DNA from: a virus
Lineage: Duplodnaviria > Heunggongvirae > Uroviricota > Caudoviricetes
Length of the DNA stretch: 64,000 nt
Strand: one strand, 5' to 3'
IMG/VR virus record: IMGVR_UViG_3300044680_000064
Coordinates: 9,632 to 73,631 of that record
Shown one piece after another: positions 18,426-26,844 of the stretch. Position numbers and translations under genes: made by a program. The notes beneath the pieces were generated by a model, which searched no databases, was not told where the DNA came from, and saw nothing but the letters and a program-made list of their open reading frames with translations. The stretch's first letter is position 1. Every line of letters starts with the position of its first letter.

Positions 18426-19006
18426 TCGAATCTGGCGAGTCGTTGCTGGCTGGAGACTATATCACCGGAGATTCGGAACGACGAGTCGTTCGAGCGGAAT
18501 CACGCGGACGCGACGCGGCGATTGGCGTTTGCCTGCAAAACGTCGCAATCAGAGGTATTGCTCGCGTTCGACTGTGGGGCGGCGCTTGGTCGCCAACTAG
18601 TGGGCTTGAGTTTGGTCCGATATTAATTGTGTTTCGCGGCGAAAACTATTCAGAACTTAATCACAACTGGCTGGAAGTACTGATTACGCCGTCCATGCTC
18701 GCCCTCAACGGCCGGAAGTGGAAAGACGCTTCGGTCTCGGCTCAGATATGGCCCGTGGCAGTAGGCCAGCAAGGCGAAATCATTAACGTTGATGCGTCCA
18801 TTCGGCGAAATGGCCGTCGCCAACCGCCCACTGTGCGGATTCAGATTCCGTACACGATCACGTCGTCGTTGCGAGAGAACGAGTATCGGGTGCGCATCGC
18901 CATTCGCTTCACGGATGGGACTGGCGAACAGCTTCCTGACGTGCCGCTACGCGTGTACGATAGACAAAGCGTATACGATGTTCCCGATCCGGAGGCGGAA
19001 GCGTGA
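18398..19006 (+). CDS. hypothetical protein (202 aa)
   Basis: ORF. Confidence 0.4.
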   Translation: MQIQDGEYLIESGESLLAGDYITGDSERRVVRAESRGRDAAIGVCLQNVAIRGIARVRLWGGAWSPTSGLEFGPILIVFRGENYSELNHNWLEVLITPSMLALNGRKWKDASVSAQIWPVAVGQQGEIINVDASIRRNGRRQPPTVRIQIPYTITSSLRENEYRVRIAIRFTDGTGEQLPDVPLRVYDRQSVYDVPDPEAEA

Positions 19007-19032
19007 AGAATACGGGCGTGAATAAGTTCGCG

Positions 19033-19042
19033 GTCGTATAAT
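19033..19042 (+). promoter_or_regulatory. GTCGTATAAT promoter-like motif
   Basis: Upstream of two leader hairpins and the 19153 gene. Confidence 0.45.
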
Positions 19043-19049
19043 GCCGGTG

Positions 19050-19124
19050 TCAGGCGTTTTCAATCCCCTGAGACGCCTGATACATTCTGTCCGGGGTCGG
19101 CTCGAGAGGCAGGCGAGCCGACCC
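19050..19124 (+). promoter_or_regulatory. two tandem leader hairpins (8-bp stem and 11-bp stem)
   Basis: tcaggcgt...acgcctga and gggtcggctcg...cgagccgaccc, followed by a T-rich run. Confidence 0.45.
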
Positions 19125-19152
19125 TACTATGTTTGTCTCCATAGCGAGGACC

Positions 19153-19662
19153 ATGTCGATGAACCCGGAAAAGCGCAAAGAGATCGCGGCACGAGCCGCG
19201 GCAAGTCGCCAACAACCGAAAACACAGGCATCGGGCTGCAAAATCAACGGCCCGGCGTGCGAGGCTGTGGCCAAAATCGTGAAACAGAAGACGCTCGTCA
19301 AGCTGCCGTGCGGGCACGAATTCCCGCCGCAGAACCTGCCCAAGTGCGGTGCCTGCCGGGACAAGGATCGCAAGGCCAAGAACGAGAAGAACAGGGCCAA
19401 GATGGCTGCTAAGCTCGCCGCAGGCCAAGGAAATCCCGAGAAGGACGGCCAGCACAAGCTCAAGGGCCGTCTTCCCGACAAGGCGAAGTATATTTGCGAC
19501 TATGATTCCGAGGCCCAGGAATGGTCTGGGACGCTTTATGTGTCCGGTCAGACGTTCATGGCCAAAGCGAGCGGGTTGTTTCGGCTGGAGAAGCAACTGG
19601 ACGAGCAATACCGTGCTTGGCTTGCCTCCACGAGAGCGGAAATGGCAGAATTGGCGTCATGA
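19153..19662 (+). CDS. basic Cys-containing protein (~170 aa)
   Basis: ATG with a GAGGA RBS. ORF 19129-19662. Confidence 0.4.
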   Translation: MSMNPEKRKEIAARAAASRQQPKTQASGCKINGPACEAVAKIVKQKTLVKLPCGHEFPPQNLPKCGACRDKDRKAKNEKNRAKMAAKLAAGQGNPEKDGQHKLKGRLPDKAKYICDYDSEAQEWSGTLYVSGQTFMAKASGLFRLEKQLDEQYRAWLASTRAEMAELAS

Positions 19663-19702
19663 GAGACCATGCGCAGCTCGGTTGGTACGGAAAGGACCAA
19701 TT

Positions 19703-20035
19703 ATGAAGATCAGCAAGCGATCTTGGCATATTCGCTACTTGCGTTTCTGGGGCGTTGAATTCGAGAAGCTCCCTAAGAGCCTTTGCGGCTACTTCTGGAC
19801 CCTGTGTCTTCATTTGACGATTGTTCCGGCGTTCATGGTGATGACGTCGCCAATTTGGATTCCTATTGTTGCTTTAGGGGCAATGCTTGCTTGGCTCGAA
19901 GAAAAAGAGGCTGCGCGAAAAGCCAAACAAGAACTGATCCCGAAATCGCCGAGAGGGCCAAGGACGCTACTGGGCGCATGGCTGAAGGCCAAGAAAGAAA
20001 AGGTCTGTCCAATTATCGAATGGAGCGATGAGTGA
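19703..20035 (+). CDS. small membrane protein (~110 aa)
   Basis: Internal ATG of ORF 19349-20035 with an AGGA RBS. Two hydrophobic helices. Confidence 0.4.
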   Translation: MKISKRSWHIRYLRFWGVEFEKLPKSLCGYFWTLCLHLTIVPAFMVMTSPIWIPIVALGAMLAWLEEKEAARKAKQELIPKSPRGPRTLLGAWLKAKKEKVCPIIEWSDE

Positions 20036-20370
20036 TGGCCAGTCAGCGTTTGACCGATATGCCAGCCGAGGAGCAGCGAGAGCTAAAAAAGGCTCTCAAA
20101 GAGGCGATCGAAGCGCTGCTTCCGCCAGGCCGAGCGGGCGGCAAGTGCCCATATCTCATGGTCCTCTGCGATTACCCAGCGCCCGATGCCGATCCTTTCA
20201 CGCCGTATACGTGGACGCTGATTGGCAATGTCGTTGACGAGACCGGGCTGGCGATACTTGAAGAAGCGCACGCTCGCTTGAAGCAGCTGCTCAGCATGCA
20301 GGCCATGCAAGCGGCAGACAAAAACGAACCGGAGACGCCGCCATCAGAGCCATCGACGACGAGTTCCTGA
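20032..20370 (+). CDS. hypothetical protein (112 aa)
   Basis: ORF. Confidence 0.4.
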   Translation: MMASQRLTDMPAEEQRELKKALKEAIEALLPPGRAGGKCPYLMVLCDYPAPDADPFTPYTWTLIGNVVDETGLAILEEAHARLKQLLSMQAMQAADKNEPETPPSEPSTTSS

Positions 20371-20408
20371 AGGCATGCCGAACGCCAGGTCCATGCCAAT
20401 ACTGCGGT

Positions 20409-20774
20409 GTGCAGTGTTCAAAGCGCGAGCCGCACCATCTTCGAACTCGCGGGTTCAGGGCTGGAACACGCGTTGATGTATATTGGTGCGTGATGGCGCT
20501 TGGCTGCCACAAGGGCTGGGAATGCAAGTGCCATCGTGGGCGCCATGCCATAAAGCCAAACCCGACGAACCAGCAGATGCTCAAGAAGCAAGCCGAGATT
20601 CTTGGCTGTGTTCCTGACGACATCGAGGTTGCGTTCAACTGTTTTCGTGAGCTCGACAAGCGAGCCGAGCCGGCCGACGTTGAGACGTTCATGTTCGAGT
20701 GGGGCGATACGCTTAGCGACAAGGCGAAGCAGTTTGTGCGCGAGGCGTATGCGGTGGCGAGGAAAGAAAAATGA
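20409..20774 (+). CDS. HNH nuclease (small, terminase-associated type?)
   Basis: HH...GG...C.CH motif (EPHHLRTRG...ECKCHRGRHA). The N-terminal CQYC pair lies upstream of the first canonical start codon. Confidence 0.5.
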   Translation: MQCSKREPHHLRTRGFRAGTRVDVYWCVMALGCHKGWECKCHRGRHAIKPNPTNQQMLKKQAEILGCVPDDIEVAFNCFRELDKRAEPADVETFMFEWGDTLSDKAKQFVREAYAVARKEK

Positions 20775-21076
20775 GCGAGTGGGCACCCAAAACGCCGCCA
20801 GTCGAAGAATGTGGGCTCATTCTTTGCATCGGCGGGCCTCGTGACGGCTTGAGAATCGTATTGAACGATTATTGTGTTTTTCGAGGATACGTTCAGCTTC
20901 TGCCGAGGCCAAGATTCGCATTCGACGATTCCGATCTTACCTACACAACAGCATGGTATCGTCTGGAAAAAATTACCTGCACTGATCGAGTGTTCAATAT
21001 TTTGGTTCATGATGGCATGACGTGCGAGGAAGCATTCATGAGGCTTTTCGACAGATATCCTACCGAGCCACAGTGA
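20771..21076 (+). CDS. hypothetical protein (101 aa)
   Basis: ORF. Confidence 0.35.
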   Translation: MSEWAPKTPPVEECGLILCIGGPRDGLRIVLNDYCVFRGYVQLLPRPRFAFDDSDLTYTTAWYRLEKITCTDRVFNILVHDGMTCEEAFMRLFDRYPTEPQ

Positions 21077-21161
21077 GAGCCCGCGTGCGTAACGCGAGCG
21101 TCGGTCGCGGGCGACGTTCTGGAGAGAATCCGTCGCCCGCCACATTTTTAGGAGAGTATTC

Positions 21162-21959
21162 GTGAGCGACTTCGATATCCGCAAAATCGACTTGGCCAAA
21201 CTCAATAGCCTGACCAAGTACCCGTCGATTCCGACGTACCACGAACTTGGCGACCGCGGCACGCTGAAGGATGTCGTCGGCGTTCAGTTCGACGGCGCGG
21301 CGATCGTAACTGAGAAGGTTGACGGCACCAGCGGCAGAGTCATCTGCTGCCCGGATGGAACAATGATCGTCGGCAGCCGCGAGGAACTTTTGTGGGCTCG
21401 CGGCGATTTGATTGAGAACACGACGCTGCGGATCGTTGAGTCTGTCAAGCCGTACATGGAAAACATCAGGGCGCAGTCGTATCCGAACATCAATAAAATC
21501 GTCGTCCACTTCTTCGAAGTCTATGGAGCCAAGGTGTCGCCTGGGAAAGCGTCGAAGAATTACACGGCGGGCGACGCGACCGGCTGCCGCTTGTTCGACG
21601 TGGCCGTGCTCGTGGATAGTACATGGCAAAAGGTTATGGCGATGGACCGTTCGGAAATATCGCACTGGCGAGAGGGCGGCGGTCAGCATTTCGTGTCGAT
21701 GGAAGTTTTACGCGAGGCCAGCTTCCTGACTTCAATGCCATGCGTCCCAAACCGTGGCTTCTGCACGCCACCAGCAACGATTGACGAAGCCGTCCAGTTG
21801 ATGCGAGAATACTGGGAAAGCAAGTGTCCTCTCGACACGGGCTTATCTGGCCACTGCGAAGGCATCGTCATCCGTTCATCGGATCGCAAGAAGATCGCCA
21901 AGCTCCGTTTCGAGGACTATGAAAAGACTATCAAAGCACGAGAAAGGGTCTCGAAGTGA
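21162..21959 (+). CDS. ATP-dependent RNA ligase, T4 Rnl2-like
   Basis: KYPSIPTYHEL resembles Rnl2 KYSSLENHY. Motif I is EKVDGTS (Rnl2 has EKIHGTN). Motif EGIVIRS. Confidence 0.65.
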   Translation: MSDFDIRKIDLAKLNSLTKYPSIPTYHELGDRGTLKDVVGVQFDGAAIVTEKVDGTSGRVICCPDGTMIVGSREELLWARGDLIENTTLRIVESVKPYMENIRAQSYPNINKIVVHFFEVYGAKVSPGKASKNYTAGDATGCRLFDVAVLVDSTWQKVMAMDRSEISHWREGGGQHFVSMEVLREASFLTSMPCVPNRGFCTPPATIDEAVQLMREYWESKCPLDTGLSGHCEGIVIRSSDRKKIAKLRFEDYEKTIKARERVSK

Positions 21960-22156
21960 GCCTGGTCGATACCAACGCAAGGTGCCACTGCGGCGCCAAA
22001 GCAACGACAATCGTGATCGAAACCGATGCTCGGAGCGAGCGAGTTCATACTTCGCATTACTGTTGGCGGCATGATCCGAGCGGCGAGTATCAGCTGCGAC
22101 AACGGATAGCCAACGAAATTAAACTGAAACAAGAACAACACGACCCAAGGTGGTGA
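21956..22156 (+). CDS. small Cys/His protein (66 aa)
   Basis: CHCG...HYCWRH pattern. Confidence 0.3.
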   Translation: MSLVDTNARCHCGAKATTIVIETDARSERVHTSHYCWRHDPSGEYQLRQRIANEIKLKQEQHDPRW

Positions 22157-22216
22157 TTAGTGGCTACGGAAAGAATGGCGATAGCCAAGGAGCGTCGCCG
22201 GTAAACTCGCAAGTTC

Positions 22217-22486
22217 GTGAGCAAGAACATCGGCGCGATGATGTCGGCTCCGCGTGCGAATCGTCCGTCGAACAACAGGATCCGCGAGCAGCTGTTGATG
22301 ATGGTCAAGATGAACTTCGAAAACAAAGGCGAAGTTCCGTACATGAGCATCGACATTGACTGGGACGTTGTTCGCGATCTGCTTCACCCGAGCGTGGCGT
22401 CGCCCAGGCGTCCGATCAAGCGTAAGGCGAAGCGTCTCTCTGCGGGATGGGGGAATTTACTCACACCAAACGGATTCCGAAAGTAG
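22217..22486 (+). CDS. hypothetical basic protein (89 aa)
   Basis: ORF. Confidence 0.3.
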   Translation: MSKNIGAMMSAPRANRPSNNRIREQLLMMVKMNFENKGEVPYMSIDIDWDVVRDLLHPSVASPRRPIKRKAKRLSAGWGNLLTPNGFRK

Positions 22487-22693
22487 GCCAGGCATGGGCA
22501 TTATTCGATCAGCCAAGCGGGAAATGAAGAAGCGCCAAAAGGCATCATTTCTATTCCGCGGCACAGCCGAGTTCCGGGCCAAGGTACGCCGAGCGCGGAC
22601 ATCGAAGCAGAGCCGAAACGACATGACGATTGTGGTTGGTGGACAAAAGCCCACCGCCTGATGCTACAATGCGGGGAGAAAGGAATTTCCCCT

Positions 22694-23077
22694 ATGACAG
22701 CACTTCTCAAGCTCATTTTCTTGACACTTTGTCTGCCCATTCTCGACCAGGGTCCGACGCCAGCGGTTCAATCCGACTCTGACCGATTCAGGATCACCGC
22801 AGTCGAAGCCAAGCGCAATTACGAATTCGCTCTGGAGCACTATAATTGGTGCCAACAAAACGTGCCGAATACGTTATGGGAGCGGCAAGCGCAGTATTGC
22901 TATCAAGCGTGGGATGCGTTGGACAATGTCAAGAGATTCTGTTTTGAAGTGCACGAAGAGCGTATGATTCCAGTAAACTTGGAGAGGCTGCGAGACTTGC
23001 TCGGTCAGGACGCATGGGCTATCGGTCGCATGCCGCCGCCTGCTCCCTATTGGTACTTCCAAGAGAAATCTCGCTGA
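22694..23077 (+). CDS. secreted protein (signal peptide)
   Basis: MTALLKLIFLTLCLPILDQG signal-like N-terminus. ORF 22661-23077. Confidence 0.4.
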   Translation: MTALLKLIFLTLCLPILDQGPTPAVQSDSDRFRITAVEAKRNYEFALEHYNWCQQNVPNTLWERQAQYCYQAWDALDNVKRFCFEVHEERMIPVNLERLRDLLGQDAWAIGRMPPPAPYWYFQEKSR

Positions 23078-24422
23078 CCAGTTTCGATATGCCGTTGTGA
23101 ATCCCATTCATGGCCGCGCGGATCGAACTTTCAGTCTCTTTGTTCAAATCCTTCCATGTATCCAGCGCCGTCTGCCAATCCTTTTTGTGCTTGAGAAGGT
23201 GGCCTTGGATGTCGGCCATTGAAGTCTGCTCTCGCATGCACTCAGCGAACTCTTTTGACCAGTGATGGTCGATGCTCGGGTAGAATCGCTGGAAGATTCT
23301 GGCCGCTTGGATCTTGTCTGCGTAACCGAACTCCAAATCAACATCGGCACGACCAGGTCGGATCAATGCTGGATCTAGTTTGGCTTTGTGGTTCGTCGTC
23401 ATGAAGAGTAGCCGGCCTTCGGTTGCGGCCACGCCGTCGATCGCGTTCAGAATGCCGCTGAATGTGATACTCGTTTTGTCCTTCGTCTCGCCTTCATGAT
23501 TGATGTCGCGAGAAGTGAATATGGCGTCGATGTCTTCAAGCAGAACGACCGCCCCAGTTGGAACCTGACCCATGAGCGAACTCAAGTCGCTATCGCCAAT
23601 CATACGATCGCCTAGATTTAGCATGTAAACGTCGAGCCCGAGCGTGCCGGCAATAGCAACGACAGTCGATGTCTTGCCTGAACCCGGAACGCCGTGGAAA
23701 AGATAGCCGCGGCGGTACGGGATGCCAAGATTGTGATACCACCTCTTGCTCTCGATAAACTCTTTCGCGTCAGCCACGAGACTGTCGAGCATTCCATCGG
23801 GCAGAATCACAGACTCCTGTGGCCGAATCCGTCGTTGCGTCGGTCGCTGCCAATAACTGCCGGTTGACGATATGACCAGCGTCTCTTCGCCATCGCTTGG
23901 AAGTGCCATCTCCATTGCGTCTTGGATGATTTGGCGAATGACCTTTTGGCTGCGCCCGAAGGCCCAGATGCTGAACGTTTCTCGTTGAAAACGACCATCT
24001 CCGCCAGTTCCTTTGCCCGGCGTATCGCCAGACATGCGGCTAAGCCAAATCAGACGTTTTTTGTAGAAGAATACATGCTGGCCAATCGACGGCGTGAAAA
24101 TCAAACGCGGCCGTCGCTTCTTGGCGGCACCAACCGCCGCTCCTATTTCGCATGGTCCATCGTCGGCATCGTCACGGTTGTAAGTCGAGATCGTGATATG
24201 TCGTGATCGCTTGCTGTATGGCTGAAGATCAAGCCACAGTGAAATCCAGTTGAACGCTTGGTCCGTATTCTTGACGTCTCCAGTAACGCCGGAGTGGCGC
24301 CAAAACCAATCCTTCACCTTTCCAGGAATGTTTCGGCAGTAAGCCAATATTCCAGCGATAATCGTCGTGGCCACAAGGCTGACGGTCAACTGGTTTCCGA
24401 TCATAGAAGGATCAAATGGCAT
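23019..24422 (-). CDS. BCS1-like AAA+ ATPase (membrane-anchored)
   Basis: GYLFHGVPGSGKTS Walker A. LLEDIDAIF, SITFSGILNAIDGV and FMTTNHKAKLDPALIRPGRAD closely match the yeast Bcs1 AAA core. N-terminal TM helix. TAG stop. Confidence 0.8.
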   Translation of the reverse strand: MPFDPSMIGNQLTVSLVATTIIAGILAYCRNIPGKVKDWFWRHSGVTGDVKNTDQAFNWISLWLDLQPYSKRSRHITISTYNRDDADDGPCEIGAAVGAAKKRRPRLIFTPSIGQHVFFYKKRLIWLSRMSGDTPGKGTGGDGRFQRETFSIWAFGRSQKVIRQIIQDAMEMALPSDGEETLVISSTGSYWQRPTQRRIRPQESVILPDGMLDSLVADAKEFIESKRWYHNLGIPYRRGYLFHGVPGSGKTSTVVAIAGTLGLDVYMLNLGDRMIGDSDLSSLMGQVPTGAVVLLEDIDAIFTSRDINHEGETKDKTSITFSGILNAIDGVAATEGRLLFMTTNHKAKLDPALIRPGRADVDLEFGYADKIQAARIFQRFYPSIDHHWSKEFAECMREQTSMADIQGHLLKHKKDWQTALDTWKDLNKETESSIRAAMNGIHNGISKLVSEISLGSTNREQAAACDR

Positions 24423-25559
24423 TCAGTCTCCAATTTCGACTTCACCATACATCAAATCCACGGAGTCTTCTTTGCGACTCGAAAAATACTTCTCCAGCTC
24501 GTCGCGCAGCCCGATGCGATCCGGATTGAGTTGGTACACGCCAAACGAGTCGCGGTAAATATCCGTCATCGGATCGTATTGCTGCCGAGCGATGATATGC
24601 TGGCGCTCCCCGTAAAATCGGCGACGCTTGGATCCATGCCAGTGGTGAATGGCGTAGCAATCGACATAGCCAATGTTCTGCTTGCACGCGCGGAGCGCGC
24701 GATCTTGCCAGGCCGCGATCATTTCTCGGTAATGCGGATGACCACCAATCAACTCCGGGCGGTCCTTGCACAATTCCGAATGACCAACTAGGCCAAGAGT
24801 CATATAGTAGTCGGCGGACCCAAGCAAGCAAATGTCGATCATCCCGCCGACAGCATTGAAGGCGTCACGCCGGAATGCCCAGGCGAGGCCGACGGCACCT
24901 ATGCCGCCACTCTGGCGACGGCCTTTCGAGCCCATCTTTAGCTCACAACCGCTGTCGCCACTATCGCCGCCGGCCGCTCCCATCTTCAATGCTGCCTCCA
25001 GCGAGCCTCCAGGCAGGCGATTGGTGCAGTATTTGTACGCGAAGCCGAACTCATGCGACAACGGCCGGTGGGAAGGCGAGACATTGGTGTACGAGCTGAA
25101 AGGCTGGACAAAGGCGTGGTGCTGAAGCGCGTGAATGACTTCAATGCCAAAGTCGCTTCTCGTGAATAGGACGTCGGCGTCGATCCATGCGCCGTATTTC
25201 CACGTCGGATCGAATTTCGACACGCACAAATTAATCTGATTTTCTTTGTGCCACAGCACGTGCCCAGTGCGCAGTTGGAGATGATTCGGATTCTGCGAGT
25301 TCGTGACTTCGAACGGTCGATCGCCGTAGGCCAGCTCGCAGACGTAGACTTCAAGATTCTGAAGTTTCGTCAGGTGCTGATAGCAGTCATTGAAAAGCGA
25401 GATGCGCGACCTGAAGCGATAGGGGTTGGAATACACCATCGCAACGTGAAGAGTCTGGTCCGGCGCCCAGCGGCGATGCGCGGCGGTGCCGTTCTGGTGA
25501 TCGACGACGACCGAGGCTTGATGCGCAGCGTGATGGTGATCGTAATTAGCAGCTTCCAT
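24423..25559 (-). CDS. hypothetical protein, possibly GT-A-like glycosyltransferase (DXD)
   Basis: 378 aa, translationally coupled to the BCS1-like gene. WIDADVLF DXD-like motif. The family call is weak. Confidence 0.35.
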   Translation of the reverse strand: MEAANYDHHHAAHQASVVVDHQNGTAAHRRWAPDQTLHVAMVYSNPYRFRSRISLFNDCYQHLTKLQNLEVYVCELAYGDRPFEVTNSQNPNHLQLRTGHVLWHKENQINLCVSKFDPTWKYGAWIDADVLFTRSDFGIEVIHALQHHAFVQPFSSYTNVSPSHRPLSHEFGFAYKYCTNRLPGGSLEAALKMGAAGGDSGDSGCELKMGSKGRRQSGGIGAVGLAWAFRRDAFNAVGGMIDICLLGSADYYMTLGLVGHSELCKDRPELIGGHPHYREMIAAWQDRALRACKQNIGYVDCYAIHHWHGSKRRRFYGERQHIIARQQYDPMTDIYRDSFGVYQLNPDRIGLRDELEKYFSSRKEDSVDLMYGEVEIGD

Positions 25560-25803
25560 TCACGGCACTCTCTTGTATTGTGGATGCTTGTTGTTTTGGT
25601 AGCCTTACGCCGCATCGGCCGCAAAAATCCGCTACTTGCTTGTGGCCTTCTCGCTTGCATACGCATTCCGGGCAGGTGAAAACAATGCAATCGCCGACCG
25701 TGAATCGGTTCCAGCACTCAACGCATCGGACTGTGTATTCGCCAATGGGCATGTCAAGTTCCGCAACACAAAAACTTTTGACTACTGCTCGCACGAATCG
25801 CAC
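25546..25803 (-). CDS. zinc-finger protein (85 aa)
   Basis: CVEC...CPEC...CGRC pattern. Confidence 0.3.
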   Translation of the reverse strand: MRFVRAVVKSFCVAELDMPIGEYTVRCVECWNRFTVGDCIVFTCPECVCKREGHKQVADFCGRCGVRLPKQQASTIQESAVNGSC

Positions 25804-26112
25804 TCGTCATCGTCCCACGACGAATCGTCGCCGTCATCCTCGTCGTCTGGCACCGGGCGAGCGTGTATCGAGACCATTTCAAACGCTCCGAAAAACGGCG
25901 GCGGTTCGACGCTATCGTACATTCGCTCTCGGACAACGGCACGGAGATCGACGCTCATGCCATATTCTCGATTGTCTTAGGCCGGCCGCGACCGAGTCAA
26001 GCCGGGGAGTCAAAGAGGTGTGGTCGCGGCCGGCATTCGCATGTAATTTTGTTCACTCCCCGGTTCAGAAATAGTAATCTCGCGCGGCTGAAGTGTCAAG
26101 CCCGCTTGCGCG

Positions 26113-26122
26113 GTCGTAGAAT
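26113..26122 (+). promoter_or_regulatory. GTCGTAGAAT promoter-like motif
   Basis: 20 nt upstream of the AAGGAG RBS and ATG 26142. Confidence 0.45.
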
Positions 26123-26141
26123 AGAAAGGAAAGGAGCGATT

Positions 26142-26702
26142 ATGGACAAGTGCATGTGCCCTCATTGCGGCGAAGTCTTCGGTCGCCTTCTCGATAGCTT
26201 GATTCCGACGCACTCTTTCCCGAAACCGACACGAGCTGTCTGCCCAGGGTCAGGACAGGCACCGCGCAATCCAGACACTGATCGAAGGCCGCTATGGAAG
26301 GACGAGAATGCGCACGCGCTCGCGAACGTGCAAAAAGCCAAGCGTGACAACTTGGCTTTCACTTTTAACTCAGTCAAGAAGCCGATACCGCCGCAATGCT
26401 CTGCGATATTTCCCGCGGAGCGGCGCCGTACCGATCGACGTCGCCGAGTTATCGAGATCTTCTTCCCGCCAGAGGCAACACGGTACGACCGCCGCTTTCA
26501 GTTGCTCAAACGACTCGATAAGAGATCGTTCGTCTGGCACTGTGCAGATGACGAGATTCGGATGCGGTTGTGTTGGTTCGCCGAAGGCGTGAGTGGCAGC
26601 GATTGCGCCGTGGACTGCTTGAACTGTTCGAATTGGCTCGGGAAGGTCCGCCCTTACGAGCACGTAGACGTGTGCCAGTTTAACCTGCTCATCCATCTAT
26701 AG
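26142..26702 (+). CDS. Cys-rich hypothetical protein (186 aa)
   Basis: Strong RBS plus the promoter motif. It overlaps the antisense PTH2-like ORF, so one of the two may be spurious. Confidence 0.35.
   Translation: MDKCMCPHCGEVFGRLLDSLIPTHSFPKPTRAVCPGSGQAPRNPDTDRRPLWKDENAHALANVQKAKRDNLAFTFNSVKKPIPPQCSAIFPAERRRTDRRRRVIEIFFPPEATRYDRRFQLLKRLDKRSFVWHCADDEIRMRLCWFAEGVSGSDCAVDCLNCSNWLGKVRPYEHVDVCQFNLLIHL
26370..26696 (-). CDS. peptidyl-tRNA hydrolase PTH2-like ORF (108 aa)
   Basis: VYVLVRADL....VQAVHGA and SIGTAPL resemble PTH2 VVRxDL..GK.AAQ..HA and AIGP. Size fits PTH2. Immediately downstream of the tRNA pair on the same strand. Confidence 0.3.
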   Translation of the reverse strand: MDEQVKLAHVYVLVRADLPEPIRTVQAVHGAIAATHAFGEPTQPHPNLVICTVPDERSLIESFEQLKAAVVPCCLWREEDLDNSATSIGTAPLRGKYRRALRRYRLLD

Positions 26703-26745
26703 CATGACACGATCCTCAAAGTGGATACTGATCGTAAAACACAAG

Positions 26746-26815
26746 AGCCCGGTGCATGAGTTGAACATGCGACCTACGGATTAAAATCCGCCGCTCTACA
26801 CTGAGCTAACCGGGC
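26746..26815 (-). tRNA. degenerate tRNA-Lys(UUU)-like gene with a 6-nt anticodon loop (possible pseudo-tRNA or variant tRNA)
   Basis: Clover-leaf GCCCGGT/ACCGGGC acceptor, GCTC/GAGC D-stem, GCATG-TTCAACT-CATGC T-arm. Anticodon arm GCGGA-UUUUAA-UCCGU, with the loop one nt short of E. coli tRNA-Lys CUUUUAA. D-loop lacks GG. Confidence 0.5.
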
Positions 26816-26820
26816 TTAAG

Positions 26821-26844
26821 GGTCTGGGTTTGCAGCCCAGACCC
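26821..26844. other. perfect 8-bp hairpin between the two tRNAs (processing or structural element)
   Basis: ggtctggg-tttgcagc-ccagaccc. Confidence 0.4.

Noticed and set aside
25580-26074. ORF 25580-26074(+) and 25636-25980(+) as genes
   Set aside because: They overlap the minus-strand zinc-finger gene region, have Ser/Arg-rich low-complexity products, and lack an RBS.
26746-26815. Interpreting the Lys-like tRNA as a phage attachment-site remnant
   Set aside because: It is an almost complete clover-leaf, not a 3' fragment. It sits beside a second tRNA with a promoter and between phage genes on both sides, so it is phage-internal.
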